From Bugula neritina (taxonomy: Eukaryota > Animalia > Bryozoa), in NCBI GenBank assembly GCA_964035545.1, contig OZ037770.1, positions 15,862,642-15,926,641 of the forward strand: DNA of 64,000 bases. Reading direction: 5' to 3'. Each line of letters opens with the position of its first letter. Position 1 is the first letter of the stretch. Positions 38,548 to 54,500 of this stretch are shown here, piece by piece. Under the pieces are notes generated by a model. It saw only the letters and a list, made by a program, of their open reading frames with translations, was not told the DNA's origin and searched no databases. The position numbers and the translations under genes were made by a program.

Positions 38548-38844
38548 AAGGGGACACACACTGGGGGAAGCATGGAGTAAAGGTGATTTCTATGTGTAAT
38601 ACCAGAAAGAGAACATGGTTTGAATTAAAGTCTTTATATTCAATAGGCTGTACATGTCTAACAGGGAAGGAAACAATGTACACACTCACTTAACTATTAT
38701 GTACAAAAACTCTTCTAACAATCAAACAGTTAACACAGGTTTGGCTTCTTTCTAATGTCCAACCAGGAGATGAAACTATGTGAGGGGCTGATAGACCCAC
38801 TGGTCAGTTTTGCCTCTGCAGGTGGCATGTTCACTACAGAGTCT

Positions 38845-41338
38845 CTAGGGGGCAGACTCGTCCCCCAGGTGAGCCTCGTTGGGTGCCTCCTGGTTGTCTG
38901 TGCTGTGGTAGACGTCTCCCTCTTCAGCTGCCTGCGTCTGTCGCCCTCGGCCTCTGTACCCCCCTCGTCTGCCGCGATGTCTGAATCTCCTTCTCCCGCC
39001 ATACCCCCGGCCACCTCTGGATCCGTCACTTGGCTGGTTATCATATCCTTCAGCAACTTCACTGTCTCCGTGGTAGACAATCTGGTAGACAGAAAACACT
39101 CTTACTACCAGCTCCTATCAGATATTCAGGGAATAGACCAGCAACTAACGCTACCTGCAGCTACCTGCAGCTACCTTATGCCGAATATTTACCTGTCTTT
39201 CTTGATAACCCCCTCTTCCTCTGTTGTTGTATCCACCCCTGTAGTAGCCCCTCGACCTCCAACCTCTGAAGAAGCCGCGTCCTCTGCCACGCCCTCTTCC
39301 TCTACCTCGGGGCACGTAACCTTACAGAGAGAGGGAGATAATAAACAGATATATTCAGTGAGTGTAGACTATAGAGTATACAGAATAGCTTTCTGAATGT
39401 AGAGAATGTCTGAGGAAGTGAAACACTTACCCCCATCATATCCACTTTCCCCCTCTCCTTCTGTCACGTGCTCTACACCGTCATCATATCTTCGATAACC
39501 CCCTCTGTATCCACCCCTACCTCTCCTAGGTCTCATTTCACCCTGCTCATCTCCTTCTTGTCCCTCACTGGACTGTCGATACTACGGCATGTCAATGTAC
39601 TGTGACTACTAGCAGACGTACATACAACAGACGTACACACAGCAGACGTACACACAGCAGACGTACACACAGCAGACGTACACACAGCAGACGTACACAC
39701 AGCAGACGTACACACAGCAGACGTACATACAGCAGATGTACAGTATATACTTACCTGGGGCCTGTATCCTCCTCTACTATAACCCCTCCCTCGAGGACCC
39801 TGGTAGCCTCTATAGAACCGCCGGAATCGTCTTCTCTCAGCTGCATATTTACTTCCTTGCACGGGCTCTCCCTCTGGTCCGGTCACATTCGCAGCTTCAT
39901 TTCCTTTGTCGCCTTCAACCACGTCAAACTCCACCCTCTCCCCGTCTCCAACTGACCGCAAATATTTCTTCGGGTTATTTTTTAGTATTGCTGTCTGGAA
40001 AGAAATGATTTAAATAGATACGAGATGAGCAGGTATGATAACCCCCAGCACCACCATTACTAGAGAAGGTCGTCGTCTCTCACAAGATAAGGTTGAGTAA
40101 CAGGAAACAGGAAACTCATACCTGATGCACAAAGACGTCTTCTTGCGTGTCGTCTCTGTTGATAAACCCGTAACCATTCCTTACATTAAACCACTTTACA
40201 GTACCTTGCACTTTCTCTGCTGCAAACATATGACATGCATTATACTATGTATTGTAATGTTATATTACTACATATTGCAATATTACATCCCTATATACTA
40301 CACTATATACTAGTGGCAGTGCTGCGTGTTAGACTAGATTTATTCCAACATGAACACATGCTACACTCTAACAAAAAATGAATTTTGCATCAATAGGTGC
40401 TACCAGATGGTTTTAATTTTTATGTAAGTTAGCATTAACATAACTTGAACTTCAACAAAGTGAAAACTTGATTTAATTTAGTTAATACTGATATTTATAT
40501 TGACATTGAGTTTAACATTACATCAATTGTGTTTTGATTTAGTAGTATTTACTATTTATATTGCATTTGCTACGCCTAATCATACTGTTGGTGCTACACT
40601 TAGTCCTACAGTTACTGTTAATCACTTAATGCTAAAGTTAATGCTAATGTTATGATTATATTAACTATAATAATATTTAGTATATAATACACTATTACTA
40701 TACAGTGTATAGTATAATCTATATTACAATAAATTATAGAGTAATAATTAAAACTAAAATGAATTTAATGCTGTTAATAGTATTGGCACATGTTGTACTT
40801 GCACTTGAAGTTGAACAATAAGAGATATAAGGATCAGCACTGATCACACACAGACAGGCTAGTTAGCCTGTTAAGTTAATCTGCACAAGAATGTTAACAC
40901 TTTTTAGACTACTGTCCAAGTACTGACAACTTAGTTTTTTATATGAGGCACACCCCTTCTTCCCTCTAGGGAGGTCCAGCGTGGAAATAACATCGACAGG
41001 TATGTAGTTGTACAGTAACAGTTATTGTAACACTTTTATTTCTATTATTAACTAGCATGATGATGATCATCATAATAATAACGATAATAAACATTTTAGG
41101 CTGAGCAGTAGCACTAGAAAATGAAATAAAATCAAAACGAAAATCTGTCGTCTACACTTAGTCCTACAGTCTGAGTCTCAGTCTGAGCCTAGGACACACT
41201 CACACTGACACTGACACTGTGACTGACACAGGCTTAGACACAAGAAAGCTTACTAAAAGTCAATGTTTTACCAATAATTTTTCTTTGAGGTTTTTCCTCA
41301 CTGATCCCATTATCGTGAACATGTTCAGTATCTGACAT
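38845..41338 (-). CDS. YBX1: Y-box binding protein (cold-shock domain + alternating RG-rich/acidic tail), 6 coding exons
   Basis: Exons 41338-41272, 40219-40122, 39994-39755, 39572-39431, 39320-39193, 39081-38845. CSD: [71 protein letters not shown]. The symbol denotes the family; paralog assignment is not resolvable. Confidence 0.93.
39610..39742. repeat. Y-box intron 3 minisatellite, 15-bp unit AGCAGACGTACACAC
   Basis: About 8-9 copies. Confidence 0.93.
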
Positions 41339-42564
41339 ATCTTGATCGATCCTAGCAAATCATTCAGCGATGGTAACTGTGAATGGAGCAAAACTTTTTA
41401 AATGGAGAAAAGAAAAATGCTTTTTTTCTCGACAGTGCGTGGTGACCTCGACCCTACTCATGAAAAAATATTTTTATAACTTAAGCAATTTTTTTAAAAC
41501 AATTTATCAAATGTTTTTAAAGAAATATTGTATACTTTTAGGTCATTAAAAATAAAATAAAAATTGTATTTTGGTGCGTGCTTATTTGAGTGAGTAATCT
41601 AATTATTTCGCTACAGATTCGCATTTGATTGGCTGAGTAATTCGCAGCAATATTTTGAATTTTTGTAATTTGCTGTAAAAAAAATTAACCAAAAGCATAA
41701 AATGCATCACACTTTCCACGAAATTAATACTAGATAGTTTATATCAACTTTATAGCTTGTGATAAATAATATTTTAGCTCAAATACCAATTGTATTTTAC
41801 TGAACTAAATATTCTATTCTACGAATTGCAACTATACCAAAGCCGTACTCCTCGTGTCAAGAAAAGAGACAACACAACTGAGAATTAAAGCTAATGGCAT
41901 GAACCACAAGACGTAATTATAGTGCAGGTGTAGTGTATGCAATCTAACGTGATATTATATAATAATATGCTGGTGTACCAAACAGCAGAAAAATGGCAGA
42001 GTAGAATGACTGTGAATATTATAATATAAAAATATTGATGCATAATACTAACAGTAACAGACCTACATTTTATTGAATATAATATATTTTTTCAAAAACT
42101 ATATGTGAAAATACATAAGTATAGATGCAGAGCTTAAATTCTACTTTAGAAAAATAGGTAGATTAAAAATATTTGTATCAGCATTATGGCATACGGGTAT
42201 ATGGCATACAACAAAATAGATAATATAAGAAAAAAATTATATGATTATTATAATGATTGGCAGAGTGAGTGAAACAGGGCACTAAATACATTTTGTTTAT
42301 ATTCAGAGGTTGTCGGAATGAGAGTGAGAAGCAAATCTTATCATATAAAAGTTAAAGAAGTTGTATTCCCCAGAATTTCTATAGTCCAAATATAAAAATA
42401 TAAATTCAAGCAGGAATAAAAACTTGAGGAGAAAATAAGCTGCAAATAAATATAAATTTATTTAGAAACAAATCTTTGTCAAAAGAAATCAAAATTTTTA
42501 CAAAAACCTGAACAGAGTGAATCGTCAAAGGAGAAAGTGCATGAGAATCGGAGGTGTGAAACTG

Positions 42565-45500
42565 CTAGAGTATATGCCTGGTGCTTGTAGAAGTGCCAAC
42601 AGAAGCAATTTCTTCGCCCATCTCAGAGTCAAGGTCGTTGAGGTTCTCAGCTATATCCTCCTCAGATTCGTATCTCTGCTCTGCTGCTGGTCGGTCGTAC
42701 TTGTCTCTCCGCTTTCTATATAATAGATTATCAGATATCTAATTAGGAAATATTCAGCTAGTCTTTCTACAGGTCAAAGTGGTGAGTCATAATTAAAAAC
42801 ATGTTGGTCATTAATTTACTCTAAACAGTTAGTGAATACAACAAAAATATTTATAGTGGTTATTATAATCAAACATCACTTTTGACACTTAGTAACATGT
42901 GGCTGGTGACACATAGTAACAAGTGGCTGTAACATTTAGTAACAAGTGGATGGTGACACAAAGTAACAAGTGGCTGTAACATGTAGTAACAAGTGGATGG
43001 TGACACAAAGTAACAAGTGGCTGTAACATGTAGTAACAAGTGGCTGATGACAGATAGTAACAAGTGGCTGTAACATGTAGTAACAAGTGGCTGGTGACAC
43101 ATAGTAACAAGTGGCTGGCAACATTTAGTAACAAGTGGATGGTGACACAAAGTAACAAGTGACTGCTGGAATGCTCAGAGTTTCGTAAAGTATTGTGTCA
43201 CTTAAATACCTTTTAGCCATAATGTTTCTGTAAATGAAAAGCAATGATGACTACATTTAAAGCAATAGAAATAGCAGCTAATTGCATCGTTCTAGTATGT
43301 TGACCTGCTAACCACATTTAGAAACCTGCCTTATTCTGCGCTGATAAAAGGGTGGCCGCTTTGACGCACCCAACCTCAATCTACGTAGATCTAGAATTCC
43401 TTCCTTTACTATTCTGAGAAAAGACTAAACTGTTGACTTATAAATAAATAGAGATATGAAAGCACTAGTGGTGGATGTAGAAGCATTAGAAATACAAGGG
43501 ATGGTCAAAAGGGGTGGATCACTTACCTCAAATAGACTATGTATAATATGGACAGGGCCAAACTAACTGAACAAGTGATGAGTAGGCCAATGACAACCCA
43601 GACCCACACGGGTATTACAGTACTATTCACTTTCACTGGAACTCCTGTTGAGAGAAAGGTACACATCATGAGCATGCAAATGTAATCAAGAAGGAGAATA
43701 TAAAAGGTCACAAACATAATATTTTCTTGACAATAAAAGGCGTGCATGGCAACTGAATAGCATAACTCCTCAAAATCCAGCTTGGGTAGGATGTGAGAAT
43801 ACTAGTAAGATATTGTTTTACAAAGGTGTTTACACCAACCTGCAGGGAGACTAAAGGTTTCGGTCACAGAGCCAGAGGAAGAAATCGATGACTCGTTCGT
43901 GACTAATCCAGGTGATGTGACAGTTGAACCAGTCTCTGCATCAGGTGATGTGACTGTAGAACCAGTAACTGAATCAGGTGATGTGACTGTAGAACCAGTA
44001 ACTGAATCAAGTGGTGTGACTGTTGAACTAGTAACTGAGTCAGGTGATGTGACTGTTGAACTAGTAACTGAGTCAGGTGATGTGACTGTTGAACTAGTAA
44101 CTGAATCAAGTGATGTGACAGTTGAACCACTAACTGAATCAGGTGGTGTGACTGTTGAACCAGTAACTGAATCAGGTGATGTGACTGTAGAACCAGTAAC
44201 TGAATCAGGTGATGTGACAGTTGAACCAGTAACTGAATCAGGTGATGTGACTGTAGAATCAGTGACTGAATCAGGTGATGTGACTGTAGAACCACTAACT
44301 GAATCAGATGGTGTGACTGTTGAACTAGTAACTGAATCAGGTGGTGTGACTGTAGAACCAGTAACTGAATCAGGTGGTGTGACTGTTGAACCAGTAACTG
44401 AATCAGGTGATGTGACAGTTGAACCACTAATTGAATCAGGTGGTGTGACAGTTGAACCAGTTACTGAATTAGGTGGTGTGACTGTTGAACCACTAACTGA
44501 GTCAGGTGATGTGACTGTAGAACCAGTAACTGAATCAGGTGGTGTGACAGTTGAACCACTAATTGAATTAGGTGGTGTGACTGTTGAACCAGTTACTGAA
44601 TTAGGTGGTGTGACTGTTGAGCCACTAACTGAGTCAGGTGGTGTGACTGTTGAACCAGTAACTGAATCAGGTGATGTGACTGTAGAACCAGTAACTGAAT
44701 CAGGTGGTGTGACTGTAGAATCAGTGACTGAATCAGGTGATGTGACTGTAGAATCAGTAACTGAATCAGATGGTGTGACTGTTGAACTAGTAACTGAATC
44801 AGGTGGTGTGACTGTTGAACCAGTAACTGAATCAGGTGATGTGACTGTAGAACCAGTAACTGAATCAGGTGGTGTGACTGTAGAATCAGTGACTGAATCA
44901 GGTGATGTGACTGTAGAATCAGTAACTGAATCAGATGGTGTGACTGTTGAACTAGTAACTGAATCAGTTGGCGTGACTGTTGAACTAGTAACTGAGTCAG
45001 GTGATGTGACTGTAGAATCAGTAACTGAATCAGATGGTGTGACTGTTGAACTAGTAACTGAATCAGTTGGCGTGACTGTTGAACTAGTAACTGAGTCAGG
45101 TGATGTGACTGTAGAATCAGTGACTGAATCAGGTGATGTGACTGTAGAACCAGTAACTGAATCAGGTGGTGTCACAGTTGAACTAGTAACTGAATCAGGT
45201 GATGTGACTGTAGAATCAGTAACTGAATCAGGTGACGTGACAGTAGAATCAGTAACTGAATCAGGTGGTGTGACTGTTGAACTAGTAACTGAATCAGGTG
45301 GTGTGACTGTTGAACTAGTAAATGAATCAGGTGATGTAACTGTAGAACTAGTAACTGTAGAACTAGTAACTGATGTAGACACTGAGCTCTGTGATCTAGA
45401 AGGTGCAGTGCCTGTGCTGGAACTGATAGATGTCGGCTGTAGTTTCAGAGTTGTGGGCTGAGTGAATGTCGACTCACCCTGCCCGCTACTAGTGCCTCCA

Positions 45501-48500
45501 GACGACTGCCTGGACACCGTATCAGCACTTACGGATGTCTGACTGGTTGCTGCCGCTAAACCCGTGGTGGTTGGTGTGACCGGAGTTGTGTCAGCAGAGT
45601 GTGATGACACAACAGGTAGTCTGGTAGTCTCACCTGAAACACATATCCAGACAGCTAAACATATAAACCTGGCAGCACAGACAAGAGATAGTACATATAC
45701 TACTCGCTCACTATATAATCCTGTCAATACCTGGACTACTCGCTCACTATATAATCCTGTCAATACCTGTACTACTCGCTCACTATATAATCCTGTCAAT
45801 ACCTGTACTACTCGCTCACTATATAATCCTGTCAATACCTGAGCTGCCGCTCGATGTGCTGACAACTCCCACGTCCTCTCGGCTAGTGTCAGGCGGCTGA
45901 CTGAAAGTTGTGGCTGCAGACGTCTCGGCTGACGTCACAGATGACGGTTCACCTTGACCTGAGGTTACAGTTGTGGCAGCAGATTGTGTGGTGCTGTGAG
46001 GTGATTGGCTGAACACTTGTGACGTCGTAGATGTAGAGGATACATCAAGAAGAGGGGTGTAGAAGCCGGGGGGTATGGGAAGGGGGTCTTTGACGATGTT
46101 GGCCGTTACTAGAACACGGATGAATACAGTACACAGAGTACTACTCAGTACAGTACACAGAGTACTACTCAGTACAGTACACAGAGTACTACTCAGTACA
46201 GTACACAGAGTACTACTCAGTACAGTACACAGAGTACTACTCAGTACAGTACACAGAGTGCTACTAACAGTAAACAGAGTACTACTCAGTACAGTAAACA
46301 GAGTACTACTCAGTACAGTACACAGAGTACTACTCAGTACAGTACACAGAGTGCTACTCAGTACAGTATACAGAGTACTACTCAGTACAGTAAACAGAGT
46401 ACTACTCAGTACAGTACACAGAGTACTACTCAGTACAGTACACAGAGTACTACTCAGTACAGTACACAGAGTACTACTCAGTACAGTAAACAGAGTACTA
46501 CTCAGTACAGTATACAGAGTACTACTCAGTACAGTACACAGAGTTCTACTCAGTACAGTACACAGAGTACTACTCAGTACACAGAGTACTACTCAGTACA
46601 GTAAACAGAGTAGTACTCAGTAAACAGAGTACTACTCAGTACAGTACACAGAGTACTACTCAGTACAGTACACAGAGTACTACTCAGTACAGTACACAGA
46701 GTAGTACTCAGTACAGTAAACAGAGTACTACTCAGTACAGTAAACAGAGTACTACTCAATACAGTAAACAGAGTACTACTCAGTACAGTACACAGAGTAC
46801 TACTCAGTACAGTACACAGAGTACTACTCAGTACAGTAAACAGAGTACTACTCAGTACAGTACACAGAGTACTACTCAGTACAGTACACAGAGTACTACT
46901 CAGTACAGTACACAGAGTACTACTCAGTACAGTAAACAGAGTACTACTCAGTACAGTAAACAGAGTACTACTCAGTACAGTACACAGAGTACTACTCAGT
47001 ACAGTACACAGAGTACTACTCAGTACAGTAAACAGAGTACTACTCAGTACAGTACACAGAGTACTACTCAGTACAGTACACAGAGTACTACTCAGTACAG
47101 TAAACAGAGTACTACTCAGTACAGTACACAGAGTACTACTCAGTACAGTAAACAGAGTACTACTCAGTACAGTAAACAGAGTACTACTCAGTACAGTAAA
47201 CAGAGTACTACTCAGTACAGTAAACAGAGTACTACTCAGTACAGTAAACAGAGTACTACTCAGTACAGTAAACAGAGTACTACTCAGTACAGTACACAGA
47301 GTACTACTCAGTACAGTACACAGAGTACTACTCAGTACAGTAAACAGAGTACTACTCAGTACAACTCTTACAGCCACACTTGAAGAGGACGATGACCCAA
47401 CTGTTCCCTTCGCTGCTACATTCACTCATCCGAAACGTCGGCACTTTAAAATGGCAGGATTTCCTGTAGTCACACCTCTCTACCAGCAGCTGCAATATTA
47501 CACCAGTTCTCAGTACTAGTCTATATTACAGTAGTTCTCAGTACTAGTCTACATTACAGTAGTTCTCAGTACTAATATATATTACACTAGTTCTCAGTAC
47601 TAGTCTATATTACACCAGTTCTCAGTACTAGTCTATATTACACCAGTTCTCAGTACTAGTCTATATTACACCAGTTCTCAGTACTAGCCTATATTACACT
47701 AGTTCTCAGTACTAGTCTATATTACAGTGATACTCTCTCTCTATATACAGTGATACTATATACAGTACTACTTTATATAGTGATACTATATAGCTATGCT
47801 CTACATAGTGATACCGACACTCAAGAAATCATCGTCGGAAGTTGTGTGCTCCTGACAGTCTGTCCCGTGAGGTAGACACGTTTCATTAGAAGGAGTACTG
47901 GCTGCCCTTGACCCCCAGATGACCCCTCGGCCGACCATTATCACATGACCTGTGACATCACAGGCGAAGGTGTAGGAGCTACCGGCACAGTACGCGGCTT
48001 GTACACGGTACATAATCGTGTCACCTAAACACAAACATTCTAACATCTTATTATGCAGTATGTTTATTATATCCAATTGTAATAAAAATATAATCTTATA
48101 ATAAATAGATGATGACTAGAAAACTTACTGATTAGGGTCAGTGGAGAAGGTGAAGGAGAAATGATACTTTCTGCTAACATCAGCTCATCTGCTGGTGACT
48201 GAGTGGGTTTACCTGTTGAGATAGTGTAGAGTCAGTTATACTAGAGATAGTGTAGAGTTAGTAGTTATACTAGTGATAGTGTAGAGTTAGCAGTTATACT
48301 AGAGACAGTGTAGAGTTAGTAGTTATACTAGTGATAGTGTAGAGTTAGCAGTTATACTAGAGACAGTGTAGAGTTAGTAGTTATACTAGTGACAGTGTAG
48401 AGTTAGTAGTTATACTAGAGATAGTGTAGAGTCAGTTATACTAGTGATAGTGTAGAGTTAGTAGTTATACTAGTGACAGTGTAGAGTTAGTAGTTATACT

Positions 48501-51500
48501 AGAGATAGTGTAGAGTCAGTAGTTATACTAGTGACAGTGTAGAGTTAGTAGTTATACTAGAGATAGTGTAGAGTTAGTAGTTTTACTAGAGATAGTGTAG
48601 AGTCAGTTATACTAGAGATAGTGTAGAGTTAGTAGTTTTACTAGAGATAGTGTAGAGTCAGTTATACTAGTGATAGTGTAGAGTTAGTAGTTATACTAGT
48701 GATAGTGTAGAGTTAGCAGTTATACTAGAGGTAGTGTAGAGTTAGTAGTTATACTAGAGATAGTGTAGAGTTAGCAGTTATACTAGAGACAGTGTAGAGT
48801 TAGTAGTTATACTAGTGACAGTGTAGAGTTAATAGTTATACTAGTGGTAGTGTAGAGTTAGTAGTTATACTAGAGATAGTGTAGAGTTAGTAGTTATACT
48901 AGAGATAGTGTAGAGTTAGTAGTTATACTAGAGATAGTGTAGAGTTAGTAGTTATACTAGTAACAGTGTAGAGTTAGTAGTTATACTAGTTATAGTGTAG
49001 AGTTAGTAGTTATACTAGTGATAGTGTAGAGTTAGTAGTTATACTAGAGGTAGTGTAGAGTTAGTAGTTATACTAGAGATAGTGTAGAGTTAGTAGTTAT
49101 ACTAGAGATAGTGTAGAGTTAGCAGTTATACTAGTGATAGTGTAGAGTTAGTAGTTATACTAGTGATAGAGTAGAGTTAGTAGTTATACCTCCAGGCTTA
49201 CCTTCTTCAACTACAGCCATCATCTCTCCTGCGTCATCCACCTGTGTGTGTTCAATACTGGCTCCACTTGCTGCCACAGAAAGAGGAGGGGTTCTAGATC
49301 CACCCCCAGTCTGGAAGAGTGGAAGTAGACTAGGAGCGCTGTCCGAAAGTCGATCTAGACTGTGACTGACATGGAACTCAGCTGAGGGAAGGCTGGTTAC
49401 TGCATCGTCCCCACCAGTTGTTATGCTACCATTGGCTATAAGATAATTAGAATCAAGTAAATAAAAGTGAGTTAGTCAGAGAGAGTTAGTTAGAGAGAGT
49501 AGGAAAGAGTAAGAGCCAGTAAGAATGAGTTAGAGTGAGTTAGTTAGAGAGAATAAGAGTGAGTTAGTTAGAGAGAGTAAGAGTGAGTTAGTTAGAGAGA
49601 GTAAGAGTGAGTTAGTTAGACAGAGTAAGTGTGAGTTAGAGTGAGTGAGTGAGGTGATATAAAATTTCAGATACCAGATTCAGTCACACTCACCTTCACA
49701 TTCGAGTGCTAAGAAAGCGTAGCTGCTCAGCCCGCCTGAGCATCCCTTGACTCGTCTGAACGGAACTCGGAATATGCAGGAGTTGAGACCTTCACAGAGC
49801 TCACTCAGCATCTGAAAGCAAGCAGGACATGACCAACCATTCACATTCATAGTACATAGCAGGTAAACACATAGCAGGTAAACACAGAGCAGGTGAACAC
49901 ATAGCAGGTAAACACATAGCAGGTAAACACATGGCAGGTAAACACATGGCAGGTAAACACATAGCAGGTAAACACATAGCAGGTAATTCTTCCTTACATC
50001 ACTAAACTCATCTTGCACACCATCTACATAGCAATCACTCATGTCATAGTAGCATTGCTCCGTGTCAGAGTTGGGGACGTCACCCATCACACCCCAGTTT
50101 ATCAGTCGCCCGACTCGAATAGAGAACTCAGGCTGCGTACAGGTGAGTCTGTAACAGCATAATATAATAACATAGTATATAATAACATAGTAATATAATA
50201 ACATAGTAATATAATAACATAGTAATATAATAACATAGTAATATAATAACATAGTAATATAATAACATAGTAATATAATAACATAGTAATATATTAACAT
50301 AGTAATATAATAACATAGTAATATATTAACATAGTAATATAATAACGTAGTAATATAATAACATAGTATATAATAACGTAGTAATATAATAACATAGTAA
50401 TATAATAACATAGTAATATAATAATATAGTAATATAATAACATAGTAATATAATAACGTAGTAATATAATAACATAGTAATATATTAACATAGTAATATA
50501 ATAACATAGTAATATAATAACATAGTAATATATTAACGTAGTAATATAATAACATAGTAATATAATAACATAGTAATATAATAACATAGTAATATATTAA
50601 CATAGTAATATAATAACGTAGTAATATAATAACATAGTATATAATAACGTAGTAATATAATAACATAGTAATATATTAACATAGTAATATAATAACGTAG
50701 TAATATAATAACATAGTATATAATAACGTAGTAATATAATAACATAGTAATATAATAACATAGTAATATAATAACGTAGTAATATAATAACGTAGTAATA
50801 TAATAACATAGTAATATAATAACATAGTAATATAATAACATAGTAATATAATAACGTAGTAATATAATAACGTAGTAATATAATAACATAGTAATATAAT
50901 AACGTAGTAATATAATAACGTAGTAATATAATAACATAGTAATATAATAACATAGTAATATAATAACGTAGTAATATAATAACATAGTAATATAATAACG
51001 TAGTAATATAATAACGTAGTAATATAATAACATAGTAATATAATAACATAGTAATATAATAACATAGTAATATAATATCATAGTAATATAATAACATAGT
51101 AATATAATAACGTAGTAATATAATAACATAGTATATAATAACGTAGTAATATAATAACATAGTAATATAATAACATAGTAATATAATAACATAGTAATAT
51201 AATAACGTAGTAATATATTAACGTAGTAATATAATAACATAGTAATATAATAACATAGTAATATAATAACATAGTAATATAATAACGTAGTAATATAATA
51301 ACGTAGTAATATAATAACATAGTAATATAATAACATAGTAATATAATAACATAGTAATATATTAACATAGTAATATATTAACATAGTAATATAATAACGT
51401 AGTAATATAATAACATAGTATATAATAACGTAGTAATATAATAACATAGTAATATATTAACATAGTAATATAATAACGTAGTAATATAATAACATAGTAT

Positions 51501-54500
51501 ATAATAACGTAGTAATATAATAACATAGTAATATAATAACATAGTAATATAATAACATAGTATATAATAACGTAGTAATATAATAACGTAGTAATATAAT
51601 AACATAGTAATATAATAACATAGTAATATAATAACATAGTAATATAATAACATAGTAATATAATAACATAGTAATATAATAACATAGTAATATAATAACA
51701 TAGTAATATAATAACGTAGTAATATAATAACGTAGTAATATAATAACATAGTAATATAATAACATAGTAATATAATAACGTAGTAATATATTAACGTAGT
51801 AATATAATAACATAGTAATATAATAACATAGTAATATAATAACATAGTAATATAATAACATAGTAATATAATAACGTAGTAATATAATAACATAGTAATA
51901 TAATAACATAGTAATATAATATAGTAATATAATAACATAGTAATATAATAACATAGTAATATAATAACATAGTAATATAATAACGTAGTAATATATTAAC
52001 ATAGTAATATAATAACATAGTAATATAATAACGTAGTAATATAATAACGTAGTAATATAATAACATAGTAATATATTAACATAGTAATATAATAACATAG
52101 TAATATAATAACATAGTAATATATTAACGTAGTAATATAATAACATAGTAATATAATAACATAGTAATATAATAACATAGTAATATATTAACATAGTAAT
52201 ATAATAACGTAGTAATATAATAACATAGTATATAATAACGTAGTAATATAATAACATAGTAATATATTAACATAGTAATATAATAACGTAGTAATATAAT
52301 AACATAGTATATAATAACGTAGTAATATAATAACATAGTAATATAATAACATAGTAATATAATAACGTAGTAATATAATAACGTAGTAATATAATAACAT
52401 AGTAATATAATAACATAGTAATATAATAACATAGTAATATAATAACGTAGTAATATAATAACGTAGTAATATAATAACATAGTAATATAATAACGTAGTA
52501 ATATAATAACGTAGTAATATAATAACATAGTAATATAATAACATAGTAATATAATAACGTAGTAATATAATAACATAGTAATATAATAACGTAGTAATAT
52601 AATAACGTAGTAATATAATAACATAGTAATATAATAACATAGTAATATAATAACATAGTAATATAATATCATAGTAATATAATAACATAGTAATATAATA
52701 ACGTAGTAATATAATAACATAGTATATAATAACGTAGTAATATAATAACATAGTAATATAATAACATAGTAATATAATAACATAGTAATATAATAACGTA
52801 GTAATATATTAACGTAGTAATATAATAACATAGTAATATAATAACATAGTAATATAATAACATAGTAATATAATAACGTAGTAATATAATAACGTAGTAA
52901 TATAATAACATAGTAATATAATAACATAGTAATATAATAACGTAGTAATATAATAACATAGTAATATAATAACATAGTAATATAATATAGTAATATAATA
53001 ACATAGTAATATAATAACATAGTAATATAATAACATAGTAATATAATAACGTAGTAATATATTAACATAGTAATATAATAACATAGTAATATAATAACGT
53101 AGTAATATAATAACGTAGTAATATAATAACATAGTAATATATTAACATAGTAATATAATAACATAGTAATATAATAACATAGTAATATATTAACGTAGTA
53201 ATATAATAACATAGTAATATAATAACATAGTAATATAATAACATAGTAATATATTAACATAGTAATATAATAACGTAGTAATATAATAACATAGTATATA
53301 ATAACGTAGTAATATAATAACATAGTAATATATTAACATAGTAATATAATAACGTAGTAATATAATAACATAGTATATAATAACGTAGTAATATAATAAC
53401 ATAGTAATATAATAACATAGTAATATAATAACGTAGTAATATAATAACGTAGTAATATAATAACATAGTAATATAATAACATAGTAATATAATAACATAG
53501 TAATATAATAACGTAGTAATATAATAACGTAGTAATATAATAACATAGTAATATAATAACGTAGTAATATAATAACGTAGTAATATAATAACATAGTAAT
53601 ATAATAACATAGTAATATAATAACGTAGTAATATAATAACATAGTAATATAATAACGTAGTAATATAATAACGTAGTAATATAATAACATAGTAATATAA
53701 TAACATAGTAATATAATAACATAGTAATATAATATCATAGTAATATAATAACATAGTAATATAATAACGTAGTAATATAATAACATAGTATATAATAACG
53801 TAGTAATATAATAACATAGTAATATAATAACATAGTAATATAATAACATAGTAATATAATAACGTAGTAATATATTAACGTAGTAATATAATAACATAGT
53901 AATATAATAACATAGTAATATAATAACATAGTAATATAATAACGTAGTAATATAATAACGTAGTAATATAATAACATAGTAATATAATAACATAGTAATA
54001 TAATAACGTAGTAATATAATAACATAGTAATATAATAACATAGTAATATAATAACGTAGTAATATAATAACATAGTAATATAATAACATAGTAATATAAT
54101 ATAGTAATATAATAACATAGTAATATAATAACGTAGTAATATAATAACGTAGTAATATAATAACATAGTAATATAATAACATAGTAATATAATAACATAG
54201 TAATATAATAACGTAGTAATATAATAACGTAGTAATATAATAACATAGTAATATAATAACGTAGTAATACTCCATTAAACAGGTGAATGGAATTGAACTG
54301 ACAAGGAGTGTACAATCAGACTGGTGTAAATATATCAGTATATGTTGATTGTCAAACTAAAGCTAGATAGGTTATTCAACCAGCTGAAATAACTATTAGA
54401 TATAACAGAAATATGAATATCAATCACACAATGCATCTGGCCATCTCAGCTGTGAAAGGTAAGTATCTGGCCATCTCAGCTGGGAAAAGTAAGTATCTGG

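Noticed and set aside
43899-45461. 520-aa plus-strand ORF (VTESGDVTVE)
   Set aside because: Antisense shadow of the minus-strand mucin exon, which has proper splice sites and links to the signal peptide and TM exons.
46075-47425. TVHRVLLS / TVLSSTLC ORFs
   Set aside because: 24-bp intronic repeat.
50100-54315. Dozens of MLLYYYVIILLCYYIT ORFs
   Set aside because: Translations of the 16-bp satellite; no coding signal.
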